Assembly (NCBI GenBank): GCA_013202295.1 | Contig: JABMRT010000064.1 | Span: forward strand, 3,362-67,361 | Length of the DNA stretch: 64,000 nucleotides | Source: Candidatus Zhuqueibacterota bacterium | GTDB taxonomy: Bacteria > Zhuqueibacterota > QNDG01 > JABMRT01 | Direction: 5' to 3' | Shown: piece by piece, positions 29,396 through 39,001 of the stretch | Position numbering within the stretch: position 1 is the stretch's first letter | Layout of the letters: each line of letters begins with the position of its first letter | Notes under the pieces: model-generated | Databases searched by the model: none | The model's input: the letters and a program-made list of their open reading frames with translations, nothing else | Told to the model about the DNA's origin: nothing | Program-made: the position numbers and the translations under genes

Positions 29396-31699
29396 ATGAG
29401 AGATAAAGGGATTCAAAAGCAAAGCATCCTTCTGGGATTATGTGTTCTGTTACTATTTTCCGATGGCACTGCGCGGGATCGACTGCTCAGATCCGAAGCA
29501 GACAGTTTAATTGCCCGGGGCAACGAGCTTCTCAGCTGGGGACGATCCGAGCAAGCACTGCATCCATTTAAAAAGGTATTGGATACCTTTCCAAATGATG
29601 TCGATGCCCGTTTCGGACGGGCAGAGGCCCACTTTGCGTTGCATCAATGGGGTGATGCTTCGGACTGGTATGGCAACGTGCTCGATAAAGATCCAAACCG
29701 GATCGAAGCGCATTATGGCAAGGCTGTGGCCAAGCGCGAGATCGGAAAACACTCGGTACTTGTGCAGCGCTATCTGATTTGGCGGTCCTCCCGCATACAC
29801 TTTGAAAAAGCAGCCGCACTGGACTCCACTTTTCGTGACTTGCTTTTTCAATGGGCGCTGCTTGAACGATATGGTGGACAATATAAAAAAGCCATTCTGC
29901 TGACCCATCGTCAAACACGCATCCTTTTGAATGAGAAAATCAAGCTGGGTCTTCTGATGATGTATGACTTTTATGTCGAGCATACGGATAAGGATGAGGC
30001 CGAGACCTGGCTGGAATCTAGACATACGCCCTATGACCGATTGGCGCTGGGTGAGTTCTATCGGCGCGAGGAGATGTTTCTAAAAGCAGATTCCATGTTT
30101 CAATCTCTACTCGATTCGCCCGGATGGATTCCACTTGAGGCAGTACATCTCTCCATGGTTCGGCTTGCAGTACAGACCGATCAGCCTGAACTGGCCGAAT
30201 TTCATTACTGGCAGGCTGTGGATCGTGTGCGCAACCTGGTGGGTGTAGAGCTAATCCTTCAAGATTTCATGACCATCATCAATGAAAATGAATATCATGC
30301 ATTTGCCAATCAGGTGACATTGAGCAATTTTACCAGCACAATCCGGTCTTTCTGGAATACCCGTAATCCCCTGCCCGCTTCGGAGACCAACTTGCGCCTG
30401 GTCGAGCATTTCCGGCGCACCCTGTATGCCGAGAAATATTATAGATATGATGGCTTTCGACACAAGGTGTACACCACGGATATGTCCGTCACTTTTGATT
30501 TTCCTGTCTGGAGGACCGAAAATTACAAATTCAATGATATGGGATTGATTTACATTCGATACGGCAAACCGGATGAGCAATCCTTTGCAGTGTCGGAGAA
30601 TGTCACAGAAAATATGTCGTGGCTCTATTATTCACGCGGCAATCAGCCAAAAATGATTTTTCATTTTGCTGTGCAAAACAATGCGCCGCCGGGATTGTGG
30701 ACCCTTGTTTCCGGATTTGACCAACCTGAAATTCTTGAGGGATTGTTGCATTGGGACCGTCTTTATCAGGAGATGTTGTTCTCGACAGGTACTGAACGTT
30801 TGGCCCGCTGGCACGAATTGACCACGCAGCGCGCTGAAATGGTGCGTATCGGAATGCGTTCGGATCGTCATACCTGGATTGATGAGACGGAAGTCCTTGA
30901 AATGTATCAGACGGCATCCCGATTTCGACAATCCAAGTCTGAGGATGTACTTCAGATCGCATACGCTGTTCCAGTGATGTTCAATTTGAATGATGATTCC
31001 GGGCATCATGCCATTCATCTTGAATCAGGATTGGCAGTATTTGATCAAGGAATGTCACCGATTTTTAAGCGTGTTCAGAACGATACGATCAGTGATTCCA
31101 CAGATATCCGGATTTTTCACGGATATTTTATTGAAGAGTATGAAGTGCCCGTTCAATTGCAGATGGTTAATGTAGCGATCCATGCGCGTATTCCTGATCA
31201 AAACAAAGTGAACGCATGGAAATATCAATATGCCCTTTCATCCGAAAACCGGGATGCGCTTTCCTTAAGTAGTCTGATACTGGCTTATGATATCGCTCCC
31301 AAATCCAATCCGGCTGCACGACATCGCAATGACTTGAAAATGATTCCGAATCCATCGGGAAAGTTCAAGTCGAATGATCCTGTTTACGCCTATTATGAGT
31401 TGTATAATCTCGCCTATGACAAGGATGGGAAAACACGTTATGAGGTGGATTTCGCTCTTTGCCGCGATCCCCGAAATAAAAGTGTATTCAGAAAATTATT
31501 TGGCTGGATTGGCGGGGGTGGCGGTTACAAGATCAGTTTACAAAGCGAGCAGCGCAGTGAGTTCCGTACCGTGTCGGATTATCTGAGTTTTGATCTGACT
31601 CAGGCAGATCCGGGTGAGTATGAACTCAAATTGATTGTGAAAGATCTTGTCCTTAATGAGAAGGTCGAAGCGATTGCCTTGTTTGAACTGGTGGAATAG
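29396..31699 (+). CDS. Secreted TPR-containing protein of unknown function (767 aa)
   Basis: Signal peptide, N-terminal TPR-like repeats, no recognisable catalytic motif. Confidence 0.5.
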   Translation: MRDKGIQKQSILLGLCVLLLFSDGTARDRLLRSEADSLIARGNELLSWGRSEQALHPFKKVLDTFPNDVDARFGRAEAHFALHQWGDASDWYGNVLDKDPNRIEAHYGKAVAKREIGKHSVLVQRYLIWRSSRIHFEKAAALDSTFRDLLFQWALLERYGGQYKKAILLTHRQTRILLNEKIKLGLLMMYDFYVEHTDKDEAETWLESRHTPYDRLALGEFYRREEMFLKADSMFQSLLDSPGWIPLEAVHLSMVRLAVQTDQPELAEFHYWQAVDRVRNLVGVELILQDFMTIINENEYHAFANQVTLSNFTSTIRSFWNTRNPLPASETNLRLVEHFRRTLYAEKYYRYDGFRHKVYTTDMSVTFDFPVWRTENYKFNDMGLIYIRYGKPDEQSFAVSENVTENMSWLYYSRGNQPKMIFHFAVQNNAPPGLWTLVSGFDQPEILEGLLHWDRLYQEMLFSTGTERLARWHELTTQRAEMVRIGMRSDRHTWIDETEVLEMYQTASRFRQSKSEDVLQIAYAVPVMFNLNDDSGHHAIHLESGLAVFDQGMSPIFKRVQNDTISDSTDIRIFHGYFIEEYEVPVQLQMVNVAIHARIPDQNKVNAWKYQYALSSENRDALSLSSLILAYDIAPKSNPAARHRNDLKMIPNPSGKFKSNDPVYAYYELYNLAYDKDGKTRYEVDFALCRDPRNKSVFRKLFGWIGGGGGYKISLQSEQRSEFRTVSDYLSFDLTQADPGEYELKLIVKDLVLNEKVEAIALFELVE

Positions 31700-31716
31700 A
31701 AACAAAATGCTATATG

Positions 31717-32835
31717 CTAAATGCTAAATGCTCCCTTTGTTGTTTTTAATAATTTCATTACTGTAGAATACACATCGTCAATTGAAATGCTGGTTGTTTG
31801 ATGATTCGAATTCCTAATGGCGACGAATTGGTCCCCCACAGGCTTCCAATATCTTGGATCAGTGGGGCCGAAGATCGCAGCGAGGGGTGTGCCGACTGAG
31901 GCGCAGAGATGCATCACTCCGGTATCATTACAGACTGCGACATCACATAATGAGAAATGGATGATTTGATTCCTTAATGAAGATGGGGGAATTCGAGTTA
32001 ATTTAAAATCCAACTGCGAAAAAAAGGAATCGGCCAAATTGTTCTCTTGTGGTCCCCAATAAACGGCCAGATTATCCAGTCCATTTTCTTTCAAGCGTTT
32101 GGCAAGTTCCACAAATTTCTCAATCGGCCAGCGATTCTCAGGTTTGTTCGCGCCGATGTGCAAGCCGATGACAGGGCTGTCCTTTTTATAAATATCGGGA
32201 TAGATCTTCTGAAGCGCAGATTTCTCCTCCCCGGCCACATTTATAATTTCAGACAGATTGTTTGTGTCCACGCCAATATATTGGACAATATCCAGATTGC
32301 GGTCGCTCTGATGTCGATCTTTTGGGCTGTCTGGTGCGAGTAAATCGTACATGAAATTGCGGGTACATCCACCAAAAATGTCACGTTCTGATCCCAGAAT
32401 AATTTTTGCACCGGAGAGCAGGGCAATAATATCAGCAGTCAATGAGTGGCTCTCCGAGCTCAAGACGACCGCGAAATCCCATTTTTTATAGAGCTGTCTC
32501 CACAGCGTCCAAATTTTCTTTAACGTCCAGTCCTTGCCATTGCGACAGAAGATGAGAATGTTATCCACACACTCGCTGTGAATCATGGTGTCCGCGAAAT
32601 AGTCCTTGACCACAATGCCCATCCGGGATTCGGGGAAACGATTTTTCAGCGCGCGAATGGCGGGAGTGGACAGAAGAAAGTCGCCCATCTGATCCTGTGG
32701 GCGAATGATGAGAATCCGTTCGATGGAATTCCACTCCACTTCTTCAGGTTGCGTTACGGATCGCCCGATCCGATTCTCTAGAAACCGCATGATTTTGTGC
32801 TTGAAGAATTGCTCGATTTTACGCCAGCGGATCAA
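31717..32835 (-). CDS. Glycosyltransferase family 9 (LPS heptosyltransferase-like)
   Basis: GT9 signatures: ...LHIGANKPENRWP..., ...VCNDTGVMHLCASVGTPLAAIFGPTDPRYWKP. Confidence 0.65.
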   Translation of the reverse strand: MIRWRKIEQFFKHKIMRFLENRIGRSVTQPEEVEWNSIERILIIRPQDQMGDFLLSTPAIRALKNRFPESRMGIVVKDYFADTMIHSECVDNILIFCRNGKDWTLKKIWTLWRQLYKKWDFAVVLSSESHSLTADIIALLSGAKIILGSERDIFGGCTRNFMYDLLAPDSPKDRHQSDRNLDIVQYIGVDTNNLSEIINVAGEEKSALQKIYPDIYKKDSPVIGLHIGANKPENRWPIEKFVELAKRLKENGLDNLAVYWGPQENNLADSFFSQLDFKLTRIPPSSLRNQIIHFSLCDVAVCNDTGVMHLCASVGTPLAAIFGPTDPRYWKPVGDQFVAIRNSNHQTTSISIDDVYSTVMKLLKTTKGAFSI

Positions 32836-32965
32836 AAACTTCTCCTTGTCATTTGCTTCAAGATTTGGTAATTTATCAATTCAAGATCGGAAAAGCAACT
32901 GTTCAAAAAAATATGAAAGGAAAATTCCGGAGGTTAAAGAAACCTCCAGAATTTGATATCATCCA

Positions 32966-34057
32966 ATGGAATTAAGACAATATGGAAAAACTGACGCGAA
33001 AGTCTCGGTACTGGGTTTTGGTGCGATGCGGTTCGAACATCCTGATGATTTTGATGAGTCGGCGGCCACTGTACTTCACGCATTTGAAAAGGGCGTGAAT
33101 TATTTTGATACGGCGCCTCTTTATTTTGAGGATAAATCCGAAAAGATTGTCGGGAAGGCCGTGCTTGAAATGAAAAAACAGAATCGTCCCTTTTACATCT
33201 CCACAAAATCGGCTGGCCAAACCGCGAGCGATGTGCGCAAGGATTTGGAAGAATCACTCCGGAGGCTCAATCTCGACACCATTGATTTCTTTCATTGCTG
33301 GTGTGTGATGACGCTGGATGACTGGCAGAACCGGCTCAAAGGCGGAGTTGTGCAGGAAATCCTGAAAGCCAAGGAGGAGGGGCTGATTCGCTATCCCGCA
33401 GTCTCAACCCATTTGCCAGGTTCAGACATCCACCATATTTTAAAGGATGGCTATTTCGAGGGTGTGACGCTGGGGTATTCCGCAGTTAACTTTACTTATC
33501 GTGAAGCGGGGATTCAGGCCGCAGCAGAGCGAAATCTCGGCGTGGTGACCATGAATCCTCTGGGCGGGGGATTGATCCCGCAAAATGAAGAGACATTTTC
33601 CTTTATCAAAATGGATCCAGAGCAATCCCTGGTTGAAGCTGGATTACAGTTTTTGAAAGCACAACCCGAAATATCCACAATGATCGTAGGGTTTCGGAAT
33701 AAATCCGATGTGGATTCTGCTGTGCAAGCGATTGAGGATGGAACACCCTTTTCATCCGAACATTTGAAAAATATGCGCCAGGCGCTCAAAGAGAATTTTA
33801 ATGAACTCTGCACCACCTGTACCTATTGCAAGGATTGTCCTGAAAACATCGAGGTCTGGAAGTTTATGGAAGCCTCGAATTATTTTGAGATGAAGGGCGG
33901 GGACACACCGTATGACCGACTGAAATGGCATTGGGACAAACAACTTGATGAGTTGGACCGATGCACGCAATGCCGTTTGTGCGAAGAGGTCTGTACACAG
34001 CATCTTCCGATCCTTGACCGCTTTGAGCAATTAAAATCCAAGAAACCGTCAAAATGA
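32966..34057 (+). CDS. Aldo/keto reductase with C-terminal 2x[4Fe-4S]-type cysteine motifs
   Basis: AKR N-terminus MELRQYGKTDAKVSVLGFGAMRF. C-terminal CTTCTYCKDCP and CTQCRLCEEVC. Confidence 0.65.
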   Translation: MELRQYGKTDAKVSVLGFGAMRFEHPDDFDESAATVLHAFEKGVNYFDTAPLYFEDKSEKIVGKAVLEMKKQNRPFYISTKSAGQTASDVRKDLEESLRRLNLDTIDFFHCWCVMTLDDWQNRLKGGVVQEILKAKEEGLIRYPAVSTHLPGSDIHHILKDGYFEGVTLGYSAVNFTYREAGIQAAAERNLGVVTMNPLGGGLIPQNEETFSFIKMDPEQSLVEAGLQFLKAQPEISTMIVGFRNKSDVDSAVQAIEDGTPFSSEHLKNMRQALKENFNELCTTCTYCKDCPENIEVWKFMEASNYFEMKGGDTPYDRLKWHWDKQLDELDRCTQCRLCEEVCTQHLPILDRFEQLKSKKPSK

Positions 34058-34064
34058 GGATATC

Positions 34065-35615
34065 ATGGAGCGACGTCAATTTCTAAAGTCCCTGACTCAG
34101 AGCAGTGCCATTCTCGGATCTGGCGCCGCTCTGTCCATACTTGGAACCCAATGTGGTTTAAGCTCCACCCCCCTGAAAAATGTGATTGTCATTATCGGAG
34201 ATGATCATGCGGCTGGTGTGTTAGGATGCTATGGCAATCCACTCATCCAGACTCCTAATCTTGACAGAATGGCAAAAAAGGGCATCCGATTCACGCATGC
34301 CTATGCACAGGCGCCGGTGTGTTCGGCTTCCAGGCAGTCGTTGCTCACAGGCAAGTATCCGCATGCCACTGGTGTGACTCTGTTGACCACCTCCTTTCCG
34401 GATGAATCCAACGTCACCATTCCCGAACATCTGAAGCAATTCGGATTCAAAACGGCTGTGATTGGTAAAACCCATTTCAACAATGGTGGTTCGCATGGAT
34501 TCGATGTTAATATCAACAGACATCATCATCGCGAGTATTTGAATAACCACCCACCCAAACAAATTCCGGATGGAAAAAAAGTACGTCCAAAGTGGAGGCC
34601 GTTTCGCGATCCTGCCCCGATCTGGCTCAATGCAGATATGCTGCCATCACCCGAGTATGACGCTGATACAGAAACCACGTTCCTGACCGAACAGGCTGTT
34701 CAGTTCATCCAGAAAAATAAAGAGAATCGATTCTGTATGTTTGTTGGATATCATGAGCCGCATTCGCCATTTTACTTCCCAATCGAATGGGAAGGCAAGT
34801 ACAAACCGGAAGATGTGTCGCTTCCCAAGGGCAGCCCTGACGATGATCGGTGGGTGCCCGAAATCTTTCGTAATTTATCTGAACAGGATCGGAGAGGAAT
34901 TATTGCTTCGTATTATACTTCCGTGGACTATTTGGATTCCAAGGTGGGGCAAATCCTTGATGCCGTCCGTCACAATAAACTGGAAGAGAACACTCTGGTC
35001 ATCTATATCGGCGATCAGGGATATCTGCTAAATGATCATAAAAGATTTGAGAAACATTCGATGTGGGAAGAGTCGGTTCGAGCGCCTTTAATCTTGCAGG
35101 CTGGCGGGCGATGGGGCAAGGATCGAGTCGTAGGCGGTTTGACCGAGTTTGTTGATTTGGCTCCAACTATATGTGCTGTTTTAGGAGTTTCCGCCATGGA
35201 TGAGGCGCAGGGGCAGAGCCTGATGCCAATGCTGGAAGGGAGGACTCCAGCAAATAAAGATTCTGTTTTTTCTGAATTTCTGTGCGATAATAAGGCCATG
35301 GTCCGAACCAAACGATGGAAATATATATTTACATCTGGGAAGCGGGATTTAGGGCAGGGATATGCAACAGGCGAGGGACCGTCCGGCATTTTGCACAAAT
35401 TGTATGATTTGATGAGTGATCCCAACGAGACCAAGAATGTTGCAGGAGATCTGGCGAATTCATCCATCCTGCAGATGATGCAAGAACGAATGTTAAAGCT
35501 GTTTAGACGGACGGATGCTCGTGCGCAGGATATCCCTTCCGATATCTCAATTGAAAAACAGCTGACTTTGTTTTGTGAACCTCCTGATGTGGGTGCAGAT
35601 TTGTATGCGAAATGA
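34065..35615 (+). CDS. Sulfatase (Tat signal), variant active-site motif C-S-A-S-R
   Basis: RRQFLK twin-arginine signal. PVCSASRQSLLTGKYPHATG; sulfatase fold motifs GDDH..., GKTHFN. Confidence 0.65.
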   Translation: MERRQFLKSLTQSSAILGSGAALSILGTQCGLSSTPLKNVIVIIGDDHAAGVLGCYGNPLIQTPNLDRMAKKGIRFTHAYAQAPVCSASRQSLLTGKYPHATGVTLLTTSFPDESNVTIPEHLKQFGFKTAVIGKTHFNNGGSHGFDVNINRHHHREYLNNHPPKQIPDGKKVRPKWRPFRDPAPIWLNADMLPSPEYDADTETTFLTEQAVQFIQKNKENRFCMFVGYHEPHSPFYFPIEWEGKYKPEDVSLPKGSPDDDRWVPEIFRNLSEQDRRGIIASYYTSVDYLDSKVGQILDAVRHNKLEENTLVIYIGDQGYLLNDHKRFEKHSMWEESVRAPLILQAGGRWGKDRVVGGLTEFVDLAPTICAVLGVSAMDEAQGQSLMPMLEGRTPANKDSVFSEFLCDNKAMVRTKRWKYIFTSGKRDLGQGYATGEGPSGILHKLYDLMSDPNETKNVAGDLANSSILQMMQERMLKLFRRTDARAQDIPSDISIEKQLTLFCEPPDVGADLYAK

Positions 35616-35693
35616 TACCCCACTAACGACTCTGTTGGATCTCCCCTCAAAGGGAGATTTCCTCAATTTTTATTGCTTTTATAGGAAAAAACT

Positions 35694-37109
35694 GTGATGA
35701 ATCGAAGACAATTCATTCGAGCAACCAGTACAGCGGCTGGGTCTGCAATCCTTGGCAGTTGTGCCAGACAAAGACTTTATGAAACACCGAAAAAGCCGAA
35801 TATCATCTACATCCTGGCTGATGACTTGGGGTATGGCGACTTGGGCTGTTACGGTCAGACTAAAATCCGAACGCCTCATCTCGATCAGATGGCTGCAGAG
35901 GGCATGCGTTTCACGAACCATTATTCAGGAAGTACGGTTTGTGCTCCTTCCCGTTGCTGCCTCATGACCGGTTTACATACCGGGCACACTCGTGTCCGTG
36001 GTAATTATGAATCCGGCCCACATGGTTTTGGCGCTTGTCTTGAGTTGCGGCCCGAAGATGTGACCGTTGCCGAGTTACTTCAGCAAGGCGGATACAAAAC
36101 CGGCGCATTCGGCAAATGGAGCCTGGGTATTGAGAAGACGACGGGCGCGCCCTGGAAGCAGGGATTTGATCAGTTCTTCGGATATTTAAATCAGGGAAAT
36201 GCACATCGGTATTACCCGGATTTTCTCTGGGAGAATGATCAGAAAGTAGAACTGCCCGAGAATCTGGATGGTCAGCAAAGTACTTATTCCCATGATTTAA
36301 TCATAGATCGAGCTTTGGATTTTATCCAACAAAACAAGACTCAGCCCTTTTTTCTCTATCTTGCGATTGCGATTCCTCATGCCGATCTTCTTGTGCCAGA
36401 TGATTCCTTGCAGGAATATCTGGGGCAATTTGAAGAGACGCCCTATAAAGAAAAATTTTATAAAGGACAATCCACACCTAAAGCGGCTTTCGCGGGCATG
36501 ATCACTCGCATGGATCGGGATGTGGGACGATTGTTCGCGTTGTTAAAATCCTTGTCAATTGACGAGGATACGATTGTAATTTTTTCCAGTGACAACGGGC
36601 CGCATAAAGAGGGTGGGGCTGATCCTGATTTCTTTCAGAGTGCAGGATCTTTTCGCGGTTATAAGAGGGATCTGTATGAAGGCGGCATTCGGGTGCCAAT
36701 GATTGCACGATGGCCGGGACGTATCCAGCCCGGTCAAACATCAGATCATCCATCTGCATTCTGGGATTTCTTGCCCATGGCATGTGAACTGGCCAATCAG
36801 TCCATCCCGGATGGAATAGATGGGATTTCCATACTTCCCTCAATGACCGGGAAATCCCAGAAAAAACACGATTACTTATACTGGGAGTTTCATGAAAATT
36901 CGACCACCTCGCAAGCTATCCGATATCAGAATTGGAAAGGTGTGCGGCATGCGCCGAATGGACCTCTGGAACTTTATGATCTGAAAACGGATCATGGCGA
37001 GGAACGGAATGTGGTCGATAAACATCCAGAAGTCTACAAACAATTAACCGCAATTTTTGATTCAGCACGAACCGATCATGAACTCTGGCCGCTCAAATAT
37101 TATAAGTAA
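35694..37109 (+). CDS. Arylsulfatase-family sulfatase (Tat signal), canonical C-A-P-S-R fGly motif
   Basis: NRRQFIRATSTAAGSAILGSCA signal. TVCAPSRCCLMTGLHTGH; GKWSLG. Confidence 0.7.
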   Translation: MMNRRQFIRATSTAAGSAILGSCARQRLYETPKKPNIIYILADDLGYGDLGCYGQTKIRTPHLDQMAAEGMRFTNHYSGSTVCAPSRCCLMTGLHTGHTRVRGNYESGPHGFGACLELRPEDVTVAELLQQGGYKTGAFGKWSLGIEKTTGAPWKQGFDQFFGYLNQGNAHRYYPDFLWENDQKVELPENLDGQQSTYSHDLIIDRALDFIQQNKTQPFFLYLAIAIPHADLLVPDDSLQEYLGQFEETPYKEKFYKGQSTPKAAFAGMITRMDRDVGRLFALLKSLSIDEDTIVIFSSDNGPHKEGGADPDFFQSAGSFRGYKRDLYEGGIRVPMIARWPGRIQPGQTSDHPSAFWDFLPMACELANQSIPDGIDGISILPSMTGKSQKKHDYLYWEFHENSTTSQAIRYQNWKGVRHAPNGPLELYDLKTDHGEERNVVDKHPEVYKQLTAIFDSARTDHELWPLKYYK

Positions 37110-37282
37110 TATTGACTCATTTACTTTTTACTTGAACTTAGGTTATCATTTTTGTATTATTCAAAGAATTTCAATAGCAGGTTTTACTTGTATTCTTTTT
37201 GTTTGCAGTCAGGTCCGAAGGGCATGTGAATTGCTATATTCTAATTCGGTTTATTAATAACGGTTCCAAGGGGGTATCCAGA

Positions 37283-38167
37283 ATGAAATTAATGAGTCAT
37301 ATTGTTATTTTACTACTAATCGGTTGTTTGGTGGTTCCCTCAGTAATGGGTCAAAGTTTGGAGGAACGACTTGAAGAATTAGCGGGAGATATTGGTACTG
37401 GATATCTTCAACCGCTGGCTGATGCAGTTGGTGCCAACTTAAACAGTGGTCTCTACCATACTGCAAAGGTGAAAAAAGGCGGGCTTCATTTCTATGTCGG
37501 AATTGATGGTGTTGGCGCGTTGATCTCAGAAGATCAGAGGGTATTTACAGCAGTAAATGATTTGGGTGAGGAATATGAAAACGTGCCCACCATTTTTGGT
37601 CGAGATGAGGATGAAACTATCACATTCAACGGAGCCGATGTCAATCTTAAAGGATTTAATTTAAAAATGTTTCCTATTGTAGCACCGCGACTCACCATTG
37701 GTAATATTATGGGTACGGAATTAATGCTACGTGTTGTCGAACTGAATATCGGAGCAGATTTTGGTAAATTTTCAATGCAAGGATACGGAATTCGGCACAG
37801 CATCAGCCAGTATTTTCCTCTGTCGCCAATTGATATGAGTTTTACACTTTTCGTTCAGGACATCAAGATCGGAGATATCGTCAGTATTTCGACTCATTAT
37901 TTTGGGATTCAGGCCAGTAAAAAATTTCTGGCACTTGAATTATATGGTGGTGTGGGTATAGAAGGCGCCAGCTTAAAAGCAGAATATACTTTAGGCGAGG
38001 AATTTCAAAGTTTTCCAAATGAAACAGTTTCTTTTTCACTCGATTCTAAGAACAGAACCCGTCTGAATGTGGGTGTGACCTTTCACCTGCTGTTGTTGAA
38101 GATTCATGCAGATTATAATCTTGCCTCACAGAAGACGTTTGTTGTGGGCGCGGGAATCGGATTATAG
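37283..38167 (+). CDS. Outer-membrane beta-barrel protein (porin-like)
   Basis: Start reassigned to MKLMSHIVILLLIGCLVVPSVMG after an AAGGGGG RBS. Alternating amphipathic beta-strands. C-terminal ...VVGAGIGL. Confidence 0.55.
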   Translation: MKLMSHIVILLLIGCLVVPSVMGQSLEERLEELAGDIGTGYLQPLADAVGANLNSGLYHTAKVKKGGLHFYVGIDGVGALISEDQRVFTAVNDLGEEYENVPTIFGRDEDETITFNGADVNLKGFNLKMFPIVAPRLTIGNIMGTELMLRVVELNIGADFGKFSMQGYGIRHSISQYFPLSPIDMSFTLFVQDIKIGDIVSISTHYFGIQASKKFLALELYGGVGIEGASLKAEYTLGEEFQSFPNETVSFSLDSKNRTRLNVGVTFHLLLLKIHADYNLASQKTFVVGAGIGL

Positions 38168-38312
38168 ATAGAATTCCATCGGGGTCGCTTTAGGGGGATG
38201 AAAAAGTTACGGATCTGACTTTTCATTAAGAGCGATCTCATCACATCATTCGCTTATTTTTCAGACCGGGCTTTTTCGGCACAGGAGAAGTCTGGTCTTT
38301 TTTTGAATACGA

Positions 38313-38630
38313 ATGAAACGTTTACAAGAAAATATAAGAATCCAGGCCTGTTTCTGCCACCATGAGGTAGTAAAAGGATTTTCTCTGTTCAGCGTGAATC
38401 GTTACCTTTGCAGCAGATGTTTGGGTATCTGTTTGGGCAGTATCCTCGCGATATTCTTTTATTATTTGGGAATTCAGGTTGGACTGCTTGCCGCTTTTTT
38501 TCTGATAATGCCTCTTGTCATTGATGGAATATTTCAGACTCTGCGAATCTATCAGAGCCGAAATGATATCCGAATGATATCAGGCGCATTGTTCGGATTG
38601 GGTTTGAATGTATTGGGATTGATCAGATGA
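38313..38630 (+). CDS. Small membrane protein, DUF2085-like (CxCHH...CxRCxG)
   Basis: ACFCHHEVVKGFSLFSVNRYLCSRCLGICLG, followed by TM helices. Confidence 0.45.
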   Translation: MKRLQENIRIQACFCHHEVVKGFSLFSVNRYLCSRCLGICLGSILAIFFYYLGIQVGLLAAFFLIMPLVIDGIFQTLRIYQSRNDIRMISGALFGLGLNVLGLIR

Positions 38631-38929
38631 CAGATGATACCAAAATCTGCATTGGCATGCCTATGCTTGCAATAATCTTGGTCTGGTGCTTCATGGACTA
38701 TCGTTTCCTTTTAGCCAGTCTCATTTTTGGCGCCAGCCTGGCAGCTGGTTATTTCATAAGAAAACTGATTCGTAGAAAAAAAAGACACAAGAGAAAAAAA
38801 CGGCGAACTTCGCAAAGAGAGGATGTTCATATACCCGCAGAAGGATATGATCAATCCAATCAGTCTCATTATCAATCGGCTCAGCAGACCTATCATTATC
38901 ATTCAGGATCACATAGGTCTAAACTTTAA
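38627..38929 (+). CDS. Small membrane protein with Lys/Arg-rich tail
   Basis: Two hydrophobic helices followed by RRKKRHKRKKRR. Overlaps the previous gene by 4 nt. Confidence 0.4.
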   Translation: MTDDTKICIGMPMLAIILVWCFMDYRFLLASLIFGASLAAGYFIRKLIRRKKRHKRKKRRTSQREDVHIPAEGYDQSNQSHYQSAQQTYHYHSGSHRSKL

Positions 38930-39001
38930 ACCTATGTTTCCCACAAAAACATCTATTTGTTTCTCGCCCTGCTATTTTACTTTTTATAAACAGGAGCACA
39001 G

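Noticed and set aside
32912-32965. Hairpin CCGGAGGTT-AAAG-AACCTCCAG that sequesters a GGAGG 20 nt upstream of the aldo/keto reductase start
   Set aside because: It is a plausible translational control element. However, the stem is short and lone hairpins of this size are common by chance. Nothing else supports a riboregulator.
38225-38300. Possible terminator after the outer-membrane barrel gene (CAGAC...GTCTG followed by TTTTTTT)
   Set aside because: The stem is only 5 bp with a ~25-nt loop. The T-run alone is not sufficient, so it is left uncalled.
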